A stretch of DNA of 64,000 nt from Klebsormidium nitens (taxonomy: Eukaryota > Plantae > Klebsormidiophyceae), in contig DF237342.1 in NCBI GenBank assembly GCA_000708835.1, forward strand, positions 22,537 to 86,536, read 5' to 3'. The notes beneath the pieces are model-generated. The model was not told where the DNA came from. It searched no databases and saw nothing but the letters and a program-made list of their open reading frames with translations. Made by a program: the position numbers and the translations under genes. Shown here one piece after another: positions 11,297-22,446 of the stretch (position 1 is its first letter; each line of letters opens with the position of its first letter).

Positions 11297-14200
11297 ATGG
11301 GGAAGAAAGACACTGAGCAGAGGGAAGCCAAGGCCCCCAAAAAGGGGGAACCATCAGAAAGGCCCAGACACGAACAGCCAAACCCATGGCTAGGCCTAGC
11401 GCAGCTAAGCATCGCGCCGAGCTGGCGTGCCGTTCAGGGGGGGGACGAAGAATCGGGCCAGACCAGAAAAAGCATGAGCCGAGATGAGAGTTCACTCGCC
11501 GGCGGTGGTGCGAACGCGCCCTCAGGTGTAAACGGGCCCTCCGGCCACCATCACGAAGAGGCCGAGAAAGGGAGAGAAGGTACGAGGCAGTCGCTCTGGT
11601 TCCCCGTGCTGAGAAAAGAGGCGCCCTCGATCGCCCATCGGGGATTTTCTTTCGTTCGGAGTTTGATCGCACCGGAAGGCGTGCGGTTGCAGAACAGGGG
11701 GGTGCAGGCCGGGGAGTCGTTCATCCCCCAGGAGAAGCAGGACCGCGAAGGGGGCGTGGGTGTGACTGAAAAGGAGGGAGGGGGGGCGGGCGTTGGAGCA
11801 GAAGGGGGCCATTCACACCTGCCAGATGGCAAGGAGGGCCCGGGTGCGAACAGGCTCAAAGCCGGGCTTCTGCAGGAGGAAGCGGGGATGCCCACAGCCG
11901 CTCCCGCGCGTCCCGTAGAAAGACACTCTAGCGCGCATCCAAACTTGTCGGACAATAGAGGGGACAGCGAGTCAGCTTCGCACGGCGCCGAGTCTGCTAC
12001 TCCAGGGGGGTCGAATGCGGGGCCCTCGGGGACCCCCCTGAGGACGGAATCGTCATCGGGATCGTCGGCAGGGGGAGGGGGTTTCGTACGAAGGCTCGAA
12101 ATTCAGATAGGGGAGAACGGCGAAGTGAAAGCGGAGGAAGTGTGGCAAGATGCGATGAGTGCGATGGCCGTGGGAGAAGGGGACATGGGACGGCTCGGGA
12201 GCGAGGTTCGGCGGCAGTTGAGCAAGATTCCGTCGGACATCATGCCGAAACCGGAGGGCAAGGTCTGCGTCCTGGCAATAGGTGAGCAAAGGGATTGGTC
12301 TACCTTTGTTTAGCTCCATCATCCTGATTCATCTCGAACATGTTTGGTTAATATAAGAGAAGCTTGCGATGTTGATTGCGTGGAACTAGGCTCCGTTGGT
12401 TCTGGTTAGGCTGACTGAGTTCAGTCAAGTCTTGTCCTTCAATAATATTCGATCAGGCAGTTTGGTATAGACCGGATTGATGAAACTGGCTTTCGCTTAT
12501 CTAAGCTCGTGACCATCCAATCAATAAGATTTGTTGCATCTACATAGAGGTAAGAAGCGTTAGTCTTTTGACAATAAGTGGTCATATATTCCCAAGACAG
12601 GGACCCGATAATGGGTAGACTCTCTGGACCCTCTTTCTTTGAACAGACAATCTACCTTAAGAAAGGCACCACTTCTCGCTTCATCTCATAATCCTGGCCT
12701 CTTCGTTTGACTATACTCGAAGATTCGGAACGTATCTTGCGAGTGTCAGTCATGGTCGTAATCCAGAAGACATGCAGTGGCGGCTTTCAGAGCTTCCTAA
12801 ACGATCGAAGGTCGCTCCGCCCAAATGCTCAATCGCCAACCAAGGGGCAGTCGTCTGAAAGTCCGTCGCCTCTCTCTATTGCACAGAGCGCTTGTGATCA
12901 CCTTCGAAGCAGAGCGGGAAAATTCGAGCCTTCCTGATTCAGAGCTCCTCGAGCCTTTCTTACTCCTAGATGGCGGAGGGGTGCGAGGACTCATACCTGC
13001 GCTGACGCTGGCTCGGCTGGAGGGCATGCTGCAGCAGAAGAGCGGCAACCCCGACGCGCGGATCGCCGACTACTTCGACATGATCGCTGGTCAGTTTGTT
13101 TCAAACCCCTAGCTTTACGAATTGCCGTTTGCTGCTCTTACCGGCTTTTCAAAGGGCAGGATGATCGCTGGATTATCGCTGGATTCGCCTTCTGAGTTCT
13201 GGCCTTCGGTTGCCTTCGACTAAGTCTGGGAAAGCTTGCTATGTCGAGCTGCTGGTACCTTCTCGTACAGCTCTAGAGGATTACTGTCTCTTCTGTCAAG
13301 CCCTGCTTCTGCATCAGAAGCGCTGTATTGACCCTGGCATACTCGTACGGGATGCACGGCAGGCTGCGCGAGCAATTCAGAGTCGATGATCTTGGAGTCG
13401 AAAGTACGAGAGACCTTCCCGCTCCTAAAAAGGGCAGCATTGCTTGTACCGTTCACCTGTAAAGAAGCCTTCCAGATCCAACAAATATTCGAGCCTCTCA
13501 ACAAAGCAGATCAAACATTCCCCAGGCTCTTCGTAATCTTACTACAATTAGTAAATAAGCTCAAGACGTTTGATAAGGTAACCTGGGACGGGGGAATAGC
13601 TTGGGATTTTCCTGGTGGGTAGGATGGCGGAGCAGGTGGTTCTCCGGGTCAGGGTTTTCAGTCTTTGTGGGAGCTTAGTATGATCTTCACTCGCCTTCAT
13701 CTTCTTAAGAATCATAGGCACGTCCTTGGGCGACTTGCTGGCGTTCACGCTGCTGACGCCCAACAACATTCGAAGGCAGCGCTTCAATACTCTGCTCTAT
13801 GCTTCGAAAGTTCCAGCGTCTCGGACCGCACTCAAAGTCTTTACCCCTAAAGCCTAGAAGATATGACACCCCACAGGCACGTCGGCGGGCGGCTTGCTGG
13901 CGGTGATGCTGCTGACGCCGGACGAGGACGGGCGGCCGCTCTTCAGCAGACCATTTTCGGAATCCATGCCCCGCAAACTATGAGTGTCAAGTCCTCACAG
14001 GCCAAACTCACCCAAGAATATTAACACCCTCACATATTCCGCAGGAACCTCTGTGGGCGGGCTACTGGCAGTGATGCTGCTGACGCCCAACGAGGACGGG
14101 CGGCCGCTCTTCAGCGCGGCGGAGGCCGCGACGTTCATCAAGAACAACTCGCCCATGATCTTCTACAAGCACTGGGCGGCCGGGCTGCGCCAGATCTTCA

Positions 14201-17200
14201 AGCCCAAGTACAGCACCAAGTGAGCACCTCTCAAACGTCAGAACCCGCGGAAGGAAAACGTGGACCAAATTCGGACGTTTTGGACCCTCCCAAACTTCCG
14301 CCGGTTCTGTCAAGCCTTTTGTGGTCGATCCACCGCCGGTGTTTGTCTGTTAAGGTATACTAAAGTTAGGGGACTCCTTCGAGCTGGGGCCATATCGCCT
14401 TTTGGGGTCCGAAAACGAGGGCTCGCGAAGTTGTATGCTTTACGGAAGCAGTGCATACTTCCGTGAGATTTGGCACTCGTTGCAAACAGGTTTCGCGTGT
14501 TGGAGCATTCCAAACGTGCGCGCCATTGGCGTCCTCGGCAACCCGGTTTCTCGAGCACTACGATCACAATATGTCTCGAGAGAAGCTGTGCACTGCAAAC
14601 GGACTACAGAGGCTCGTGAATATGGATCCATCTCACAGTAACACCAAATCACGAGACCTCTTGGCTATGTCAAACAGTCTACCACTTCATCACAGGCCTC
14701 TAGAGCGCATTCTGGACTTTCTGAACCGCGACACCGGCTCACAATATGGTTGCTTCCCACAGCCTAATCTGCCCATCCCAGAAGACACCCCCGTCTCAAG
14801 ACCTGTTGGCTACAGTGACCATTTTTCCTGTTCATCACAGGCCCCTAGAGCGCATACTGGACTATTACTTGACGGAGCCGTGGGAGACGCCGCTGACGCT
14901 GAAGAACCTGCTCAAGCCGTGCCTCATCACCTCGTACGACCTCAGCCGGGCGTCCCCGCGCTTCTTTGTTCGGAAACTGGTGAGCCTCGCCAATTCCGTC
15001 CGGAATTATCATGTGTAAGTGGTAATTGAACGATTAAGACACGTAGTCATTGCTCACCGTTGCTTACTGTTGCTTGTTAGAATGAGTCAGTATGGTGTGC
15101 CCGGAACGAATAAGCGGCGACCCTCTTTTTTCAAAAGGTGAAGCGTATCTTGCTGGCCGTTATCCGACGTCGGTATTCAAGGAGGATTGCTCTTTTCCAC
15201 TTTGCAAAGCAGCGCAACGGCTCAATGTGTTTCTCCACTCATTTAACCTGGCACTCGCAAGACCCTCAACCTCCAAACCCTGATGTGTTCCGAAGGGCCA
15301 GCGCTTGGACTTCCACAATATTGTACCGCACACCGTGTGCCGCTCCAACCCTGCCAAAGCACTATAAACGAGCAGTATCTGGTTCAGCGCAACTTCGACT
15401 CCCATAAAACTCAGGAACTTTGATACTCCGAAAATCTGGCAAGACCTTGAATCCTGAACATCTCTTCCAGGCCCAGTAGTCCGACCCGCACGACTTTCTA
15501 AAGGTCGGGGACTGTCGGTCCTGAGATTTTGAAGCTCGATTTTTGCCCCTGCGTACTTGAAAAGAGCAACGGAATCTCGACCACCGTCTAATACGGGGAC
15601 GTTGGGACTCTGAAATGTTGAAACAACGCAAGTCGGAAAAACACAACATTCATCCAACTCTCCCAGGCCCAGCTGTCGGACTCCCACGACTTTCGGCTGC
15701 GCGACGTGTGCCGCGCCACCGCGGCCGCGCCGTCCTACTTCAAGCCCGCGTGCATCTGGTCGGTCGACGAGAGCACCCGGGCGGTGTGCGCCGACGGGGG
15801 CATCATCGCGAATAACCCGGTTAGTCACTTAAGCCCGCCATTATTTATCAGTTTCGCTACATCTGACCCGATCCGTAAGAATATCTGTTCTATCTTCAAG
15901 CCCGCGTGCATCTGGTCGGTCGACGAGAGCACCCGGGCAGTGTGCGCTAATGGGGGTATCATCGCAAATAACCCGGTTAGTCAATCAACTCCGCCATTAA
16001 GTATCGGCTTCGTTACATCCGACCCGATCCGCGAAGATATCCGTTCTATCTTCAAGCCCGCGTGCATCGAGTGCGTCGACAAGAGCACCCGGGCAGTGTG
16101 TGCTGACGGGGCCGTCATCGGGTTATTCTGGTGAATAACCCGGTTAGTCGCCAAATACTCATTTTGAACTCAATGTGGAGTTCAATTATCTTAAACCGAT
16201 CCGTGAGGAGAAGCGTCCCACTCCAAGCCGGCATGCATCTGGTCTGTCGACGAGAGCACCCCGACGGGGCATAATCGTGAAACACTCGACTGTTGAGTAG
16301 TTCCGTAAAGTTTAGCCCGGTCCGTGAGGATAACCGTCCTACTTCAAGCCCCCGGGTAGTCACCTGTCAAAGTGTGACCGGGCCAGTACCTGGTCGTATG
16401 CACGCCCGGCCAGTAGTTGCTCGACTCTTAGAAAAGTTATCTGCAAACAACCCGATCAACGGTGAAGCTTATCGAGTCTTCTTCGGGTGGTAGCTAGGTT
16501 TGTTCTTTGACTTGATGCGATTACCGGTCAAGTTCGCCGTCGCCGTAATCGCCATTTCTCGTAGGGCTCTTCTTGCGTCAACCCAGGGCCGGCGAAGTAG
16601 TCTCCAAACCCAATCCCATTTCAAAACAACTTAATGCACCTGAGGATGAGCACCTTCTTGAAAGTCTGAGCCTGACTTGTTTTGACTCTCTTCAGTGCGT
16701 CACTAGACGTTAGCCGTAACTGGCCTTCGCTTGCAAACTCGTTGTGGAGACTCGGTTAGTCCTGGTAGTTACACTCAGCAAGGTCGACTATCGGCAAGCA
16801 TCTCCCATCATGTTCCGGGCTTGATTCTGGCGCAGTCAAAATCACGCACGGCTGACCTCTCATCTGTGCCGTGCGCAGACTTTGGCCGCGGTCAACCATC
16901 TCATCGTCAACCGGGAAGAGTTTCCGACGTCCAGCCTGACGCGGCCGCGGCTGGTGCTCAGTCTGGGAGCAGGTGGGTTACTTTAACCAAAATTTTGACC
17001 AGAAGCTACCGGTTGTCACCCTGAAGGGCTGAAGGGTTGAACTATATTTTCTAGTCAGCTGCAGTCGTCCACCGGCCGGCTTTCGTTTTCTGGCAGACTT
17101 AGATTCCAAGCAAGGGACACCGGTCGGCAGTCAGCCGGTGCGATTGGTGTTCTTGCTTGTCTTGAACAGAAGAAAACCTGTCTGGATCTTGTCATATGCC

Positions 17201-20200
17201 ATTTTCTGGACTCGAGCGGAACGAGCTCGAAAGCTGGCACCAGATTGAGAACTCATATTGATGGCTCGATGGTCCTTTAACCTCTTTGGCAGACCCACAT
17301 CTATCTTTTCGTTTGTCTGATGCTCTTCTCTCAGCGCGCCGGCAGACGATGAGCGCCCAACCTGCCGATCCTCATTCTGGGCGGCAGAAGCGAAAGTCCA
17401 ATTTGAAATTGGACGTTGCGAAGGCCGTCGTTATATTGACCGTGAAGTTGAATTGTTCTGAGAATGTGACCGTTAGGTTCTTGACGTCGTCGGCGTTTAC
17501 GAATGACGTCCACCGAACCTCGCCGTCCTTCCGGAGGCCTTCTTTTTCACCATATCGTCTTTCCCGGCGAGGGCGTGGAGACGCACGACTACAAGCGCGC
17601 GCGGTAAAAGGGCGTCGGAAATCGTGCTCGTCGGCTTTCTTACGTCGTCCGCGTGCGTGAGGCCTTGTTTCTGATATTGTTGCATCTTCAGGCGAGGGCG
17701 TGGACACGTATGACTACAAGCGCGCGCGCCAGTGGGCACCAGAGTTTGGCAGACGTGAGCCCTTCCTATGCGTCACGAGCCCTGAAAATGCGTTTAGTCA
17801 GGAACCAGAAAATGACGGTTCGAGGCCTTGTTTCTGACCTTGTTGCACTCCCAGGCGAGGGCGTGGACACGTACGACTACAAGCGCGCGCGGCAGTGGGG
17901 CCTGCTGGGGTGGGCGGTCCCCGTGATGGAGATGATGCTGTGGGGGAACGGCAACACCGTCGACTTCATCATGACGCTCTTCTCCGAGGCGCTCTCAACA
18001 GCCAAGTCCTACCTCCGCATCGAGGCACGTGTTTCACCGCAAACTTTGACATTTGCAGCTTTCAAGTCCTTTCTTCTTTTCCTCCTTGGCTCCCCGCGCG
18101 AGCCGCTCCCTTCAGCAAGTGGTTTGAGTCCTTATGCTTTTTGCTTGTTCGCTCCTTCTCCGAGGCGCTCTCCCCCGCCACTTCGTACCTCCGGCCGGAT
18201 CAAGTCACATCCTCCGCCAAAACGCTGAAAGATTTGAGTTTCCACAATATGTCGCAAATCGGGTGATCCTTTCTTTCCGAGGCGCTCTCTACCGCCAAGT
18301 CCTACCTCCGGATCGAGGTATGTGCCCCTCCGCTGTGATTTGAAGAGTTCCACGGAAAATTCCGGCGTTTCCTGAACTTTCACAGACCGAGAATTATGTT
18401 CTCTCCTCCGTTGTGCTACTCTGAACAGCTCAGCATCGCTTAGTCCTACCTCCGCATCGAGGCTCGTGTGTTTCAACTAACATTCGTAGTCGAGGAGACC
18501 CACCTTTCGATTGAGGCACGGAATCTGTCACCGTCTCCAGGGTTTCAAGTCATCCCATCGAATGCGTAGGTAAACTGTGATTTCCAGGCTGCTCTTTCTC
18601 TTTCTTCCGCTCAGCCGCATAATAGAATCAACAAGCAGTAAAAAGGAAACCAAGTGCTTATTTACCTCAGCACTTGGCCGCTTCCAATAAAGCGTCTGAC
18701 CGAAATGTTTATCCAGATTAATGGATGACACGCATTAAGAGGGTGCGTATTCACTCTCACCGGGCGCCGCTCGTTCAGTCCTCCAGGTGAAGAACCTATC
18801 CGGGACCACGAAACAGCTGGACAACGCCACCGTCGCCAACGTCACGAGGGGGTGACACTGGATTGGCTTCAATATTCAACCCCATCAAGGGCGAATGCAC
18901 ACTGGAACCACCGGTCGCCACTCTCTGTCTTTTTAGCTGAAAGAACTTGACTAGGACCACGAAGCAGCTGACAACGTCAGCCCCGCCAACGTCACAACGG
19001 TACGCTGAACCCGCTGCCAAAGATACGAGCATTATGAGCGCATTCACACTGTATTCACCGGTCGCCACTCTCTGTCTTTCCCCAGGTGAAGAACCTGACC
19101 GGGACCACGAAGCAGCTGGACAACGCCACTCCCGCCAACATCGCCGCACTGGAGAAGCTGACCGAGGAAGCGCTCGCGAGCAAGGCCGTCACGCTCGACC
19201 GGTGAGCCCCCGCCCTTTCGCCTCGCGTGCTTTTGTTTCTGTGCTTCTACGCGCCGCGTATTTTTAAGCCGTATAAACTTTTTAAATCAGCATTGATAGT
19301 TTCCTTGATGCGAGTCGGAAAAGGAAAAGTCCTGGGAAGCTCGACAGTACGCCCGAAATCCTTTCCACGCACTTCTCTCCTCTTCGCCCCTCAAGATTGC
19401 CTTGAAAGGGCTGAAAACAGCAATCTGCAAATTGACCCCAAAACAATTCCTGGCAGCCTGCTGAAAGGACACATTGGTTCGAAAATCGTTACTTTCCATC
19501 GAGTACGTCCATGACGTACCAACTTCGAAGGTTGGTACGTCATTGCAATTCGTACGTCCATGCGCTATGCCCCTCGGTACTGTTCTTGTGCTCAATGCGG
19601 TCCCGTGATTCGGTTCATCCCCGTTCACGGTGCGCCGCGTCTCTCTCTTTCGCGTTCGTTTCCTTGCCGTGTTTCCGTATCTGCCCGCTCCTGGCCCAGG
19701 GTCCAGATGCTTACTCTGAAGCGAATCATACTGTAAAGCCTTAAAGGAGGGGCGCACGAGGTTCCCTAAATGAATCGCCGTTTGACGAAGGCCCTGCAGC
19801 CTGTAATCGCCAGTCCTTCAGCAAATATTGCGTGTGAAGTCGTCCTCTTTTGTGCTGGCCCGGTTGCCACTCCGTATGTTACAAATGCCGACCGATATGT
19901 TCCTGTGAAAGGTCCGCAAGCCAGAAGTCTGGTTTGTGAATCTTGGCTCACCCTTACCCGAGGCACATTTCGGTAGATAAACATGTTGTGCCCAGAGGAA
20001 GTGGAAGCGTGTTCAGCATTTATGTTTTGGGCAGTTGAGTTATGACATTTCGCCGCTTCTCGTGAGCGCCGTTTTGGAATTGATCCTGAAACCTTTCCCG
20101 ATTGCTCTCCGATGCCGCAGAGCCCCCCTGAATCCCCCCGGCCACGGGCCTGAACCCAAGACAAATTCTGAATTACTGCAAGGGTGACAATCGCCCGGGC

Positions 20201-20917
20201 GGGCGCCGGGCGCGCTTAGATCAAATCCGCTGTCTCCGTTCACTGCCTCTGCAACGTCCTCGGCTTCTCCGTCTGTCACGGCTTCGACCAAGAGCTCAGA
20301 CAGACAGCTGACGAACTACGTTTGGTCGAACCCGGATGACAGACCCTCCTTCCTTTCTGCAGTTTCAGTCACCTCGTAGATTCTATGCCTACAAGTCAAA
20401 AACTACAGCTTTCAACTCCAGCTTCTTCTCTGCACTGACGCAACCCACGATTCATGTAGTTTGCAACCCAAAAATCAGGTGGTTTTAACCCAAGGCTACC
20501 CAGATTTGCTCAGGATGCCAATCAGCCTTACGCAGGGTGCGTGTCAGCTCAGGAATGTCACGAACGCCCTTTTTCTGAGCTGTAGAGCGTCACACTGTTC
20601 GCACACCCGAACACCTAACCCGACGCCTAACCCGACACCTAACCCCCCGTCTAACCCGCCCCAGGTACGGCTTCGTCCAAGAGCTCGACGAAACCTACGG
20701 GGAGCGCCTCGAGGAGTTTGCCGACGAGCTCATCGCGGAGGCCGATTCGCGCACGCGCCGCGCTGAGCCGACGGTGCGCATCTCCGCACCCGCGCCCGCG
20801 CGTCTCCGAGAGGACCTCCGGGGGAAGAAGGTCGACCGGGGGGGGGACTTTCTCTCGTGGAGGAAGCAGGAGCTGCCGGTCGGGGCACGACCCGCCAACC
20901 CGGGGGACAAAGTCTAG
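11297..20917 (+). CDS. Patatin-like phospholipase / lipid acyl hydrolase with a long low-complexity N-terminus; exons 11297-12281, 12970-13089, 14045-14219, 14841-14979, 15667-15819, 16879-16972, 17855-18024, 19086-19201, 20665-20917
   Basis: All phases match. Motifs: VCVLAI|DGGGVRG (oxyanion hole), DYFDMIA|GTSVGG (nucleophile GxSxG), [22 protein letters not shown] (catalytic Asp), VLSLGA|[15 protein letters not shown]. The exon 7 donor is GC (GAG|GCACGT). Start ATG 11297 lies downstream of an in-frame TAG at 11267. Confidence 0.92.
13871..13947 (+). repeat. Truncated intronic copy of the patatin exon 3 acceptor plus first 24 codons
   Basis: CACAG|GCACGTCGGCGGGCGGCTTG...CTCTTCAGC, 168 bp upstream of the functional acceptor; reading on reaches TGA at 13981. 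Confidence 0.9.
14685..14720 (+). repeat. Intronic copy of the patatin exon 4 acceptor and start
   Basis: TTCATCACAG|GCCTCTAGAGCGCATTCTGGACT versus the functional TTCATCACAG|GCCCCTAGAGCGCATACTGGACT 145 bp downstream. Confidence 0.85.
15890..16362 (+). repeat. Ladder of copies of the patatin exon 5 3' end and donor
   Basis: TTCAAGCCCGCGTGCATC...AATAACCCG|GTTAG repeats with donors after 15975 and 16142; more decayed fragments at about 16222-16275 and 16338-16362. Confidence 0.92.
17560..17732 (+). repeat. Two copies of the patatin exon 7 start
   Basis: GCGAGGGCGTGGA(C/G)ACG...GACTACAAGCGCGCG at 17692 (acceptor CAG kept) and 17567 (acceptor lost, TAA introduced); functional start is 17855. Confidence 0.88.
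18155..18470 (+). repeat. Three copies of the patatin exon 7 end
   Basis: TCCGAGGCGCTCTC...TACCTCCG..ATCGAG junction equivalents at about 18203, 18317 (GT donor) and 18461 (GC). Confidence 0.85.
18780..19000 (+). repeat. Two copies of the patatin exon 8 acceptor and start
   Basis: AG|..AAGAAC.T...GGACCACGAA.CAGCTG..ACAACG at 18787 and 18937; functional start 19086 (steps of 150 and 149 bp). The intron segment CACCGGTCGCCACTCTCTGTCTTT is also duplicated. Confidence 0.88.
20611..20664 (+). promoter_or_regulatory. Tandem CTAAC branch-point-like array before the last patatin acceptor
   Basis: ACACCTAACCCGACGCCTAACCCGACACCTAACCCCCCGTCTAACCCGCCCCAG contains four CTAAC units. Confidence 0.6.
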
Positions 20918-22446
20918 TATTTCTCAACCTAGTGAACAGCAAGCCTAGTGATCAGTAAGCATTTTGGGGTTCACTAAAAAGCCTAACCCAAAGATCACCC
21001 GCTTTGCATCAGTACCCAACCTAACCCCCTAACCAACCCTACCCGTCTGCATTACTGTTCACTGGCTGTTAGTGTTCACTGCATCGATCGGGATCAAAGT
21101 CTAGAATACGTGTGTAGTTTGATTGGGCTCGATAATGAAGCGCGCCACTCTTCTTGAAGTGTGGCCGGAATTCATCGTTGGAATATATAGTTTGGTGCAT
21201 ATGAAGAGGAGGGGCTAAGTAGCAAATGCGCCTCGACCAAATTTTTCTGCTGCTTCGACAAAGATGAGTGGCGCTTTGCCGCGGAAAGCAGGTTAAATAT
21301 TCCATGATTAGACATGCGCATTCGATGGCAGCGTCGGACGACCAGTCCGTTTGAGAGCGTCGAAGAGAAAGCCAATAGGGTGGAACATGGTTCTACGGGC
21401 CGAGAAGGGGCTTCTTGTATTGTGGGATTTGTTTGCAAGGACTAATTGATTCATACGGCCATGTCATGAATCAGGTCACTTGCATGTGCTCGGCACACTT
21501 CTGCTGACTTCAGCCTGCATCTTGCAAGTGGCTAATAGTTAACTTGTGATTGATACGAACTAAAACTGATGAGCAACATGCATGCTTGCGCCTAGTGGCC
21601 GGTCCGGGCAGGAAGCGCAACTGAGCTCGTTAACCAGCTTTTATAGCTTGCTTAACCATACTAAGGTCGCAGATCCTGAATCTGGAATATATTGAACCTA
21701 CCCGCCGCATCATACGCTTTTAATTTATCACATGACAATGCTCTTTGATCCAGGCTCGCAGCTGCAATGATTTGGCAAAATTGGAACCGGTGCATGAGAC
21801 TTAGCTGCATATGTGTCTTGCACCAAGGATACATTACCATTTTGTACGTTAGCATCTGCACATGTATACATATATACATACATATATGATGCATATACAT
21901 GAATGAATGATGGTCGCTTTTCAGATACGCCGTTCGCAATGGCGCCCAATCCGCATAATTAGCAAAGCCCGTTTTCTCGGGGGCAATTGTTCCACCTGCC
22001 GACTTCAACTTCTGACTTGTTTGAAGGTTTGCCAGAGACTATAAGACATTGCACAGCTTGCTGAGTTCAAACGGTTTGCTCCGTGTCATGGACTGGGTTT
22101 GCCATGGCTTGCTTGGGGGCGCACGCACACTGAGGTGACCCCATAGGTAGGACACAAAGGGACCTACGCCAGATCCGCATCCCGGAAGTTCAGATCAGAG
22201 TATACTAGAGACTCTGCAAACTTCGACCCAGCCCCGACGTTGCAGATGCCTTGTGAGGATCGTCTTTTTGAATATTACTGAAACCCACATACAGCAGGTT
22301 GCCCTTCCTCAATGCCTTACGTACTCGGGCCCTGATGCATATGGCAGCAAGAAATGCTCAATTTTCTCTCAGCTTTGAACAAAGATACATTTGACCAGAC
22401 AGCCTATCATAGAAGAAGTTACAACAGATCAATCCAGAATTGGGGT

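Noticed and set aside
13877-14116. Intron gain by tandem duplication (splicing from inside the echo into the same position of the full exon)
   Set aside because: No position in the duplicated segment gives both a GT/GC donor upstream and an AG acceptor downstream without a frameshift.
21850-21905. TA/CA-rich simple repeat
   Set aside because: An ordinary microsatellite-like tract with no further structure.
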